Positions 15,311 to 23,215 are shown, counted from the first letter of the stretch. The stretch: 32,000 bases of DNA from Planctopirus limnophila DSM 3776 (GCF_000092105.1 NC_014148.1:1260001-1292000); one strand, 5' to 3'. Notes: a model not told the origin generated them from the sequence alone. A program made the numbers and translations.

Positions 15311-15510
15311 GTGCCACTGCTGGCTTGCCAGCAGTGCTCCTCGGATCCTCCAGCCAGCTCAACCACTTCACCAACCCCACGATCACTACAATACCCGCAC
15401 CGTGGGTGCCATCAGCCATCTCCATTGTCGATGTGTCTCAATCGAGATTGGTGGCTGCCCATCACGGTTTCTAAAACCACTACTGGGCCAGTCAATTCTG
15501 CCACCACTAC
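15311..15510 (+). repeat. Composite intergenic element, copy B (hairpin type 1 plus conserved body)
   Basis: Hairpin CACTGCTGGC (15315-15324) / GCCAGCAGTG (15327-15336). It is followed by CAGCCAGCTCAACCACTTCACCAACCCCACGATCACTACAATACC, GTCGATGTGTCTCAATCGAGATTGGTGGC and CAATTCTGCCACC. Confidence 0.8.
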
Positions 15511-15529
15511 AAACGTCGTTTGCAGGCCC

Positions 15530-16564
15530 CTATTTCACTTCCATCTTGGGGAACGGCACTTGATCCACCAGTCGATCGGCGCGACTGGTAACATCCGTCG
15601 GCTCGCCCACGACAAAAATCAATGTCTGGCGAAGCGTGGCATGATCTGGCCAATCGGTCTCAATACCTGGCAGGAGGATATTGAGTTGATGCTGGGCCAG
15701 GTCGAGTTTGTTGAACACCATCTGCGTCTGATGCGGTGATTGATCAGTTTCTTTTTCGCCGAAAACGACAGCCACTGCTAACTTGTCACCAAACGCCATG
15801 GCCCATCCGCCCAGATCCTGCGGCTTCCAGAACTTATAGCCATCTTCGGTGAACGTTCCCCTGGCAGATCGCTGATAGGGCAGGGCGGTACGCCGCAGGG
15901 GAATCCAGTTCTCGAAGTAAGACGTCAACGAGCCTCGCCACAGTTGGTCAGCAACGAGAACTGTCCTTTCTGATGCCGACGCGTCCCACTGCTTCCCATC
16001 CCACGTTCTCACAACCACGTCGCGCAGTTCCCAGGGTCTGCGTAGCACGGTGCGTTCCAGTTTGAGGCTGCCATCCTCAAGAACCTCGTAGCGGCAAGTG
16101 GTCTCAAAATCGGGACGCCCATGGCGGTCAAGTTCCGCATAGAACCAGTGCGTGATCTGCGACTTGAAAACCAGCGTGCCCATGTGGCCGGTTTTCGGCG
16201 ACTCCAACGCATCGCACGTGAACTTTCCATGGAAACAGCCTTCCATCGTCACGTTCGCTCTGACGTCCTTGTCACCGGAATCATGAGGCGAACCCAGATA
16301 GCGTGAATTCCAATACGTCCACTGAATCACACGATCTGTCGTCTCCCCCTGGAACGAATCGCCCACCAGATTAGTCTCAGGTGCGAGATCAACATCGTAA
16401 AGACCACAAATGGCCCCTCCTTTGTTGAAGACATATTGAAAGCGTCGATTGGCCGCCGTCCTGATACTCAGCGTGCGAGTGTTCGCATCGTAGGAGGAAA
16501 CAGCTTCCTGCGCGATCAAGGGCGTAGCCACACCAAAACCCGCCACCACAACCACGACGACCAT
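15530..16564 (-). CDS. Hypothetical secreted protein (about 344 aa, no recognisable domain)
   Basis: Long ORF. The internal ATG at 16564 gives a typical signal peptide (MVVVVVVAGFGVATPLIAQEA), whereas the 31-aa Cys-rich extension from the track start (16657) looks non-genic. The mature part is aromatic- and Arg-rich and beta-like. Confidence 0.75.
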   Translation of the reverse strand: MVVVVVVAGFGVATPLIAQEAVSSYDANTRTLSIRTAANRRFQYVFNKGGAICGLYDVDLAPETNLVGDSFQGETTDRVIQWTYWNSRYLGSPHDSGDKDVRANVTMEGCFHGKFTCDALESPKTGHMGTLVFKSQITHWFYAELDRHGRPDFETTCRYEVLEDGSLKLERTVLRRPWELRDVVVRTWDGKQWDASASERTVLVADQLWRGSLTSYFENWIPLRRTALPYQRSARGTFTEDGYKFWKPQDLGGWAMAFGDKLAVAVVFGEKETDQSPHQTQMVFNKLDLAQHQLNILLPGIETDWPDHATLRQTLIFVVGEPTDVTSRADRLVDQVPFPKMEVK

Positions 16565-16681
16565 CCGGAAGATATTTAACAAGATTGAAACCTCCCGATC
16601 CTCGCAAACACACTTAACCGTACTGTCACATTCGACGAGACAGAAAAAACATTTCACTTGTTACTCCCGTTCGATAAACTC

Positions 16682-17488
16682 TCATGTCAAATCGGAGACT
16701 CTTGCGTCACGAAGTGTTGTATATGTGAATGGCTTAAAGTCAATCTTGTACTCCGATTCACTCCTGAATCCACGAAACAACTTCACGTCAGGATTCTGCC
16801 CATGTAGAATCAGGCATAACATGTCAATATCTTGGACTGTCATTTGCGCTCCGAAGTAGACAGCCGTTAATGCGGATGAGTTATATGTATATGCAGTTCC
16901 TACTTCCTTGTGGATTACTCGCCACTCTCTTTCGTACGCCCAATCAGCGGATTTTCTGCAAAACAGATCAAGTACTTGCTGGTAATCCTCGTCTACCATT
17001 AGGCGAGACACACTTACCTCCGGAATGTCTGTGCCATAGGTGACCCGGTGAATTTTAATAAAGGGCTCAAAGTCAGTACTAAATTCTAAACAAAACCCAC
17101 GATGCTGCCCTCCGTAGTGTGACCACATCAGTAGGTTGTTGTTAATCTCGGAAAAGCAGCTAATTCCATGCGAGGTGTTGAATTCGTTACATTTTTTTTC
17201 AACGAGAAATCTAGTGGATGCCACCAATTGTTCTTTCAGGGTTGGAATCGGTGACAATTCCAATTGCTGCTTGATTTCTTTTGGCGTATCTGGACTTGAA
17301 ATAAGCTTCGCTAACACCGCGCAAACCTCAATGTCTGTTGGTGCCTTAAATCGCGGCGTCAGGGCACAATCATACGGATCATTGAAACTAGATGGAGGTC
17401 CAAAATATAGAGATTGTTGTTTTAGATTCTGAATTGCTCGGAGTGTAAATGGTTCATACTTGTAAAGAGTCGTTGGTCGTTCACTCAT
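16682..17488 (-). CDS. DUF2971 family protein
   Basis: Family landmarks are present: LYKYEPF..AIQNLKQQSLYFGPPSSFNDPYD, LLMWSHYGGQHRGFCLEF and WAYEREWRV. The track start at 17509 is TTG; the ATG at 17488 is preceded by AAGGG. The gene is markedly AT-rich compared with neighbouring genes. Confidence 0.85.
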   Translation of the reverse strand: MSERPTTLYKYEPFTLRAIQNLKQQSLYFGPPSSFNDPYDCALTPRFKAPTDIEVCAVLAKLISSPDTPKEIKQQLELSPIPTLKEQLVASTRFLVEKKCNEFNTSHGISCFSEINNNLLMWSHYGGQHRGFCLEFSTDFEPFIKIHRVTYGTDIPEVSVSRLMVDEDYQQVLDLFCRKSADWAYEREWRVIHKEVGTAYTYNSSALTAVYFGAQMTVQDIDMLCLILHGQNPDVKLFRGFRSESEYKIDFKPFTYTTLRDARVSDLT

Positions 17489-17762
17489 TACGCTGCCCTT
17501 AGATAGCAATTCAGTTGGTAGACAAAAAGTAAACTGAGTGTGAACGTCGGCCTATCAATTTGAGGCTATCAGTAAATTCAAGATAGCCAAGCCAAGATCG
17601 ACTCTTGAACACTGCAATAAATAGCCAGTCAACCTATATGATCAACACCATCCTTCAACTGTCGACTTCTATTGAACCTTCCGATGGACCCTCGACAGAC
17701 TCATGAGGTTCTTCGCTGCCTTCGCGTCTTCGCGAGATCCAGATCATCGCCACGCACAGACC

Positions 17763-18860
17763 CTACGGCGCGACGACCAGCCGCCGGATTTCCATTTGCG
17801 GCACCGTAAGCTTCAAGATCATCTGCAAGGTCGAGCCGACATCGGCCGTCTCATCCGTATCGAACTCGACGGGTTCGGTCATTGAGGCCATGCCGACGAC
17901 GTTGCCATATCGATCGAGGATCGGCCCGCCGCTTGATCCAATGGCGTAGTCCGCACTGATCGACATCCATTTTTCAGGCCGCTCATTTTTGCGACTGCCA
18001 ATCTGCTGATAACGCGTCACATAACCTTGTGTGAACATGAAATGGGCGGATCCCGGATGCGTCAGCGCTCCCACCCAGGCACCGACGGCAGCCGATTTCC
18101 CCAAGGGAATGGGCGTCAGATCTTTCGCCGTAATCCGGGCAATCGCCACATCCGCCCGGCGATCGGCAGCGAGAATTTCCGTCACCGGATAGACATCACC
18201 CTGCAGGGTCATCACAGCAAAGCATTCCAGCTCGGTCGTATCGAACACATGATAGTTGGTGACAATCACACCATCGGCAGCCAGCACCCAGGCGGTGGCA
18301 TTGCTGACATAATGAAACCGCGGTGGTTGCGTGCGAGTCTGCTGTAAGCTGCCAATCAGCAGGGTAGAAGTAGCGACCATCCGGTAGACTTCTTCGGGCG
18401 AAAGGACGGCCGTTCGAGGCGGTGGCAATTCGAGTGTGACCTGCCGCCGCTCAAGCTGCTTTTTCATATCGCGAGAAGAGAGACACTGGCCCCCTTTCGC
18501 CAGCAAAATCGCCTTGCGCTCGAAGTTCCGGGAAAACTCTTCATCATTAATAAACACCGGCTCATCATTGGCAACCACTGGCCGATTGCCAGCCTCAGCC
18601 GCAGCCTCTGCTGTCTGTGCAACAAGCTTCTGGCCCTGCAAAACTTCCTGCTCACAGAGAACTGAGGTTCTCGGATTTTTGGCAACTTGCCGTTCAGAAG
18701 GAGAGCGCGTCTCAGCCTCGGTGTTCCATGCCGGTGTCGGGAGAGGCGCCGGGGAGTATTTCAGCAGGTGGGAAAATCCCCAGCTTCCAGCCGCAACGAA
18801 TACGATCGCAGCAGCGAGACAAGCAACTCGACTCCAGTGCCTTTCCAGCCAGTGCGTCAT
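17763..18860 (-). CDS. Membrane-anchored trypsin-like (S1 family, DegP/HtrA-like core without PDZ) serine protease
   Basis: N-terminal TM helix (VACLAAAIVFVAAGSWGF). The catalytic triad context is intact: VTNYHVF (His), RADVAIARI (Asp), GSSGGPILDRYGNVVGM (Ser). The ATG directly abuts the upstream gene's TAA. Confidence 0.9.
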   Translation of the reverse strand: MTHWLERHWSRVACLAAAIVFVAAGSWGFSHLLKYSPAPLPTPAWNTEAETRSPSERQVAKNPRTSVLCEQEVLQGQKLVAQTAEAAAEAGNRPVVANDEPVFINDEEFSRNFERKAILLAKGGQCLSSRDMKKQLERRQVTLELPPPRTAVLSPEEVYRMVATSTLLIGSLQQTRTQPPRFHYVSNATAWVLAADGVIVTNYHVFDTTELECFAVMTLQGDVYPVTEILAADRRADVAIARITAKDLTPIPLGKSAAVGAWVGALTHPGSAHFMFTQGYVTRYQQIGSRKNERPEKWMSISADYAIGSSGGPILDRYGNVVGMASMTEPVEFDTDETADVGSTLQMILKLTVPQMEIRRLVVAP

Positions 18861-19850
18861 TTATCGCTCCAGGCGTGAACGACGATCCCGCCACTCAATG
18901 GTCGATTTTCCCACGTACTTATCCAGAAAGGCCAGAATATGGTCTTCCGTCTTCAGCTTGCGACCCAAAAGTCCAGTACCTCGCAGCCCACCCTCATAGG
19001 TTTCCAGATAAATGTGATCCCTTTTGTCGGGATTCAGCTTTTCAGCCAGCTTTTTGGCAGCACCTTTATCAGCCGTATCTTTGGAACCGACGCCAATCAA
19101 GACCGGCAAGCCCAGAATTCGCACGGCTGTTTCTGACTGTGCCGTATTCATCCCCTGAATGGAGCCTTCTGGAGAGAGCAGCACCAGGGCCCGCACATCC
19201 TGCCCGCGAGGCGTTCTCGCTGCGACAGTGGGGGCATCATCCCAGGGAATCTTCGACCAGTCGAGTTCCGTATAAGCTGTGGCAATGGCTGTCGAAAAAT
19301 CGGCACCAAGAATAGCCAGCTTGCTCATATTCAGCTTTTCGGCCATGTGCTCGTCGTACAGAAACTTTTTCACTGCTTCGAGATCGCCGGGAATCATGGC
19401 CTGATAATCGCGAGGCTTGAGTTGAGGTGCATTGTTCTTGGTGGCTCCAGGGGCCACCGCTGGCCCAGGAACCAGGGGAGTCTCACCATGCCCGCGCAAG
19501 TCAACCGTCACGACGGCATAACCGGCATCATTCAGAAATGGTGCCAGCGAGCTGTTGAAATTCTGCCGTGAACCTTTCTTGCCGTGCAGCAAGATCACAA
19601 CGGGTGTGTCTTTGCCTTTTTTCCCTGCAAAGTAAGAAATTTTCAGTGGGATTCCGTCTTTGGTCACCAGCGTCTTGTCTTCAAACCGGCTCACCGCAGC
19701 GGCTGGCTTGGTCGCCTGGGCATACAACGATTCTGGAGCCCATACACTCACACACGTGGCCAGAACCGCCAGTGCCAGCGATTGCCCCCAAGCTCGGCAA
19801 CGACCACACAACGATGTTTGCGACAGTCTATCAATCATCAGACGGAGCAT
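18861..19850 (-). CDS. Exported alpha/beta-hydrolase-fold protein (dienelactone-hydrolase-like), possibly lacking the Ser nucleophile
   Basis: GAAGGAAC lies upstream of the ATG, and a signal peptide is present (ALAVLATCVSVWAPESLYA). The fold pattern is TPVVILLHGKKGSRQNF, GYAVVTVDLRGHGE and LPVLIGVGSKDT. The nucleophile-elbow region reads ILGADFS rather than GxSxG. Confidence 0.85.
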   Translation of the reverse strand: MLRLMIDRLSQTSLCGRCRAWGQSLALAVLATCVSVWAPESLYAQATKPAAAVSRFEDKTLVTKDGIPLKISYFAGKKGKDTPVVILLHGKKGSRQNFNSSLAPFLNDAGYAVVTVDLRGHGETPLVPGPAVAPGATKNNAPQLKPRDYQAMIPGDLEAVKKFLYDEHMAEKLNMSKLAILGADFSTAIATAYTELDWSKIPWDDAPTVAARTPRGQDVRALVLLSPEGSIQGMNTAQSETAVRILGLPVLIGVGSKDTADKGAAKKLAEKLNPDKRDHIYLETYEGGLRGTGLLGRKLKTEDHILAFLDKYVGKSTIEWRDRRSRLER

Positions 19851-20179
19851 TGCTGTTCCTTCTAGAACGCCTTCCGGGCCAATCAGGTGCAGGTCAACAG
19901 GCGAGAGCCATCCGCTTGCTCAGATGTTCTCAATTGTGATCTCAAGTGTGGTCTCAATCGAGGTTTCCGCTGCCCGGAAAATCGCGTTCAATAACTGTGG
20001 TTCATCCAGATGTAACGATCTCTTGAAGTCTAAACCTGAACATGGCCAAGTTCAATTCGTGAATTCTCACTCACAGGCCAATTCTTCAAATCCATCCTCG
20101 TACGATCCATACAGCTTTCCCGACAGTCAGAAAGCGATGAACGTGCCGGATGTCAGCCGACTGCCAAACTTCGAGTCCG

Positions 20180-21277
20180 TTATTCCTCGTACAGGCGTGT
20201 GAAGATCTCACCCCGGGAATTGATCCAGCCGCGATACAGGCCCTCGCAATTGCGCGAAGTTGTCCATTGACCCTGACTGTTGAGCACAATGGCCGCACCT
20301 TCTCCGCCAGCCGCCTTCAACTGGCGATTGATCACTTCCTGAGCCGCCTGCTGAACATTGAGGCCGCGATACTTGATCTGCGAAACGATCTCTTTCGAGA
20401 CGCCATAGCGAATAAAAAATTCTCCATGCCCGGTGCAGGAGACAGCTGCAGCGCCATCCTCCGCGTATGTCCCCGCACCAATAATGGGCGAATCTCCCAC
20501 TCGGCCGAACATCTTGTTCGTCATACCGCCGGTCGATGTTCCGGCTGCTAACTGACCCTGGCTGTTGCGAGCCACCGCTCCGACTGTTCCAAAATAAGTG
20601 CTCGATTTGGGCTCCAGATCAGCTCGGCCGCCGTTTTTCTTTTCTTCAGCCCACACCCGGCTGATATCTTTCCACCGGCTCTCTGTCCAGAAGTAGGCGG
20701 GATCGACAATCTCCAGACCCTGCTGTGTCGAAAAAACTTCCGCACCCCGGCCGATCATCATCACGTGCTTTGATTTTTCCATCACAGCCCGTGCAGCAGA
20801 AATCGGATTCCGCACAATGGTCACACTGGCAACGGCACCGGCCCGCTTGGTCGTCCCCTCCATAATCGAAGCATCAAGTTCATTACGGCCTTCATGAGTA
20901 AAGACCGCCCCTCGACCGGCATTAAAGTTCGGATCATCCTCCAGCACTCGAATCGCGGCTTCCAGGCCATCCAGAGGCAACGCGTTGGGCTCTTTGAGTC
21001 GCTTGGCTCCTGCTTCAAGAGCAGCCTTCAGCCCGGCTCGAATCTTCTTCTCCAACTCGGGAGTCATGTCCTTTTTGTCAACGCCCGTGCCGCCATGCAC
21101 ACCCAGCACCACATCTTCGATAATCAGATCACTGCCGACGTTATCCAATTGGATCTCCTGTCCCCGGACCACCCTCAACCCGAATTCGCTGCACCCCGCC
21201 AGCACACCCAGCACCAGGCACCATTTGAGCCAGACACGTCGAATACAGTTCCCACCACCAGCATGTGATCCCCGCAT
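20180..21277 (-). CDS. Isoaspartyl peptidase / L-asparaginase (plant-type, Ntn-hydrolase), probable lipoprotein
   Basis: Family motifs: VHGGTG, FNAGRGAVFTHEGRNELDASIM, autoprocessing site FGTVGAVA (Thr nucleophile) and STGGMTNKMFGRVGDSPIIGAGTYA. The ATG at 21277 gives a lipobox-type signal (LVLGVLAGC). The longer track ORF (to 21460) runs into an intergenic repeat and is rejected. Confidence 0.92.
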   Translation of the reverse strand: MRGSHAGGGNCIRRVWLKWCLVLGVLAGCSEFGLRVVRGQEIQLDNVGSDLIIEDVVLGVHGGTGVDKKDMTPELEKKIRAGLKAALEAGAKRLKEPNALPLDGLEAAIRVLEDDPNFNAGRGAVFTHEGRNELDASIMEGTTKRAGAVASVTIVRNPISAARAVMEKSKHVMMIGRGAEVFSTQQGLEIVDPAYFWTESRWKDISRVWAEEKKNGGRADLEPKSSTYFGTVGAVARNSQGQLAAGTSTGGMTNKMFGRVGDSPIIGAGTYAEDGAAAVSCTGHGEFFIRYGVSKEIVSQIKYRGLNVQQAAQEVINRQLKAAGGEGAAIVLNSQGQWTTSRNCEGLYRGWINSRGEIFTRLYEE

Positions 21278-21422
21278 CGTCAATGACTCCATTTGAAGGC
21301 TGAACCTGGATTCGCTGCACCACTCCGCCCCGGCGGCAGCAGCCAGGGCATCTTTCTCACGATTTGAACTATCGCAAAAATCGCCAGGAAATTCATCAAC
21401 CCTCTGTGAATTGAGCCCATGG

Positions 21423-21464
21423 GCCCCTACCAACGAGCCGGAAGCGTCAGCGACGGGCATTCAG
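21423..21464 (+). repeat. 43-nt direct repeat, left copy (core ACGAGCCGGAAGCGTCAGCGACGGGCATTCAG)
   Basis: The 32-nt core (21433-21464) is 31/32 identical to 23137-23168, with weaker similarity extending about 10 nt upstream (GCCCC..A..A). Confidence 0.8.
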
Positions 21465-21486
21465 TAGGGTCCGCTGTGCGGACCAT
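21465..21486 (+). repeat. REP-like palindromic unit TAGGGTCCGCTGTGCGGACCAT
   Basis: 7-bp stem GGTCCGC/GCGGACC with loop TGT. It immediately follows the 43-nt repeat. An identical 22-mer occurs at 29320-29341. Confidence 0.85.
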
Positions 21487-21647
21487 AACCCGCTGTTCGT
21501 CACAGATTGCCCGTCCCGATCGACCTTCGTGCCGGAAACAGACGAGGTTCGTTACCCGAAGAACACCTCTGCAAATGCCCTCCTGCAGCGTTACCACCAC
21601 GATAGAGCACAGTATTTCAACCGAAGCCACCCTGCGAAACAATACGA

Positions 21648-21989
21648 CTAATGATCGAAACGATCATCTTTCTTCAAGGTGCTAAGAAACTCTTCCCAGC
21701 AATTGACTACTCCATCAAACAATTCATCGGGGAAGTCCGTAGTACTGCGATTCTCCTTGAATCCCTCGAACGCTGATGAACAATTTCGGAAGAATACTCC
21801 AAAAGTATCTTTATCAAGTTCGTCGAGAACGATGAATTCAAAACCCTGTCGCAATGGCGAATATGCTTCCTCAAGAATCTCTTGTTCGGAAGAGTTAAGT
21901 CGTTGCCATGTGAATTCGACGATTATCCAAAATGCGACTGATCCAGATGTCCAAATGTCTTTTTCAGTAATATGAATTGTGCCTGACAT
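21648..21989 (-). CDS. Hypothetical small acidic cytoplasmic protein (113 aa, immunity-like)
   Basis: The ATG is preceded by GGAGTG. There is no signal peptide, and the protein is acidic and aromatic-rich. The coding region is AT-rich. No domain was recognised. Confidence 0.6.
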   Translation of the reverse strand: MSGTIHITEKDIWTSGSVAFWIIVEFTWQRLNSSEQEILEEAYSPLRQGFEFIVLDELDKDTFGVFFRNCSSAFEGFKENRSTTDFPDELFDGVVNCWEEFLSTLKKDDRFDH

Positions 21990-22047
21990 TTTTCACTCCA
22001 CGACTAACGCTCTTGATTAGAGAGCATTAGGCAACCCTGCCGGGACC

Positions 22048-22077
22048 CCACTGCTGGCTTGCCCAGCAGTGCTCCTC
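22048..22077 (+). repeat. Hairpin type 1 module, solitary and slightly degenerate copy
   Basis: CCACTGCTGGCTTGCCCAGCAGTGCTCCT has a one-base bulge relative to the other copies. It lies in the spacer between the 22200-23048 and 21648-21989 genes. Confidence 0.7.
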
Positions 22078-22199
22078 CCAATAACAAAGAGGGCCGACCC
22101 ACATTCAATTCCACCAAATCATGGCAAATGGCCTCTTACCGTACTAGCGAAATCTGAAGCTCCCTCGCCATTCGATCACAAATTACCGCCAACTCATTC

Positions 22200-23048
22200 C
22201 TACGATTCCGCCAGCCCCTCTTCAACAGCCTTCTTAGCCTCATGCTCTCTCAGCAGCTTGAGCAACTGCTGGCGTTCCTCAGGAGTCAGGAAAAACTCCC
22301 CACGACCGTAGCCACCTCGTCGCGGCTCACGATCCACTGGCGGCTGGCTTTGACCCACAGGCCCGGGCCTGGGTCGTTCATCCTCAGGAACTGCCGATAC
22401 CAACCCACCCTTGGAAGTATGACCCTGCAAACCTCGCCCCGGCGAACCGGGCTGCTCTTTAGAAGTGGTCGGAGAGGTAAATACCGGCAAAAATAACCCC
22501 GGGATCATGGTCGGCTCATGATCCAGCGGACAACCCCGCAGAAATTCAGGAACCTCAATGCGCGATCCATCTTTGGCTTCCGCTATCCCTTCCGATTCAG
22601 GTTTCGACAGTCCCGCCTGATGAGGATGCAGCCATTCGCGATAGACCCTGATGATCTGTTCTTTAGGCCCGAAGCGACGTTCCAGAGTTTGCCATTTCAA
22701 CCGCGCCAGGCGGTCAAATTCACTCCTCGTCGGATAATGATTGATCTCCCCGCAGACGCGATTCATCTCGCGGAGCAACTCCTCATCGGTGTAAATCTTC
22801 GGCATCGGAGCACGCCGCTTCAGACCGGCATAACGCCGCAGATGGCTCCACGATTGCCAGTGCGCAAAGACCTTGGTCGTCGAAATCCCCGTCTCGCGCG
22901 TAAACCGCTGCAGAGAAATCTCCGGCCCCAGACGCTCCACCAGTTTTCGCAGACTTCTCAATATCTCGGCAGCTTTGGGCTTCACAGCAATCTCAGGCCT
23001 CGAAATAGTCCCTTCGAGGGTGCCGTTGGCAATTTTCCACAAAGCCAC
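22200..23048 (-). CDS. Protein with two homing-endonuclease-associated (HTH-like) repeats and a Pro/Gly-rich tail; no nuclease domain seen
   Basis: Two tandem modules resemble the repeat found alongside HNH homing endonucleases: LRKLVERLGPEISLQRFTRETGISTTKVFAHWQSWSHLRRYAGL and YTDEELLREMNRVCGEINHYPTRSEFDRLARLKWQTLERRFG. The start is GTG (23048), with TTG at 23042 as an alternative. Confidence 0.7.
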   Translation of the reverse strand: MALWKIANGTLEGTISRPEIAVKPKAAEILRSLRKLVERLGPEISLQRFTRETGISTTKVFAHWQSWSHLRRYAGLKRRAPMPKIYTDEELLREMNRVCGEINHYPTRSEFDRLARLKWQTLERRFGPKEQIIRVYREWLHPHQAGLSKPESEGIAEAKDGSRIEVPEFLRGCPLDHEPTMIPGLFLPVFTSPTTSKEQPGSPGRGLQGHTSKGGLVSAVPEDERPRPGPVGQSQPPVDREPRRGGYGRGEFFLTPEERQQLLKLLREHEAKKAVEEGLAES

Positions 23049-23126
23049 TCACACGAGATACCCTCTCATAGAACCAGCCCATGTTGCGCGCAACCCACCT
23101 TCCCATTCCTCAAGGGAACATCACTC

Positions 23127-23168
23127 GCCCCCAAAAACGAGCCGGAAGCGTCAGCGACGGACATTCAG
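23127..23168 (+). repeat. 43-nt direct repeat, right copy (core ACGAGCCGGAAGCGTCAGCGACGGACATTCAG)
   Basis: See the left copy. Both are intergenic and in the same orientation. Confidence 0.8.
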
Positions 23169-23183
23169 CATTGATCTATATAG

Positions 23184-23201
23184 GGCAGGCCCCCGCCTGC
23201 C
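23184..23201 (-). terminator. GC-rich hairpin just after the ICMT-like gene stop (possible terminator)
   Basis: On the - strand the sequence reads GGCAGGC-GGGG-GCCTGCC. It starts 15 nt after the TAA and is followed by CTATATAGATC, which is U-containing but not a clean U-run. Confidence 0.35.
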
Positions 23202-23215
23202 TTCCACACTCGCAT

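Noticed and set aside
12976-15510. Interpretation of the repeat-punctuated genes as an integron cassette array (attC sites, CALIN-type)
   Set aside because: The one-ORF-one-element layout is suggestive. However, I could not find the RYYYAAC / GTTRRRY core sites at the element ends on either strand. The elements are not long imperfect palindromes overall, they are longer (about 200 bp) than typical attC sites, and no intI gene is in the window. This is kept only as a hypothesis to test with IntegronFinder.
12976-15510. CRISPR array
   Set aside because: The repeats are about 70-220 bp and imperfectly conserved. They are separated by 0.3-1 kb protein-coding genes rather than uniform 30-40-bp spacers, and no cas genes are present.
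20180-21460. The full 426-aa track ORF for the asparaginase-family gene, with a 61-aa N-terminal extension
   Set aside because: The extension (MPVADASGSLVGAHG...) overlaps the 43-nt repeat and REP unit at 21423-21486 and has no signal or fold features. The internal ATG at 21277 yields a classic lipoprotein signal (LAGC) directly followed by the conserved Ntn-hydrolase core.
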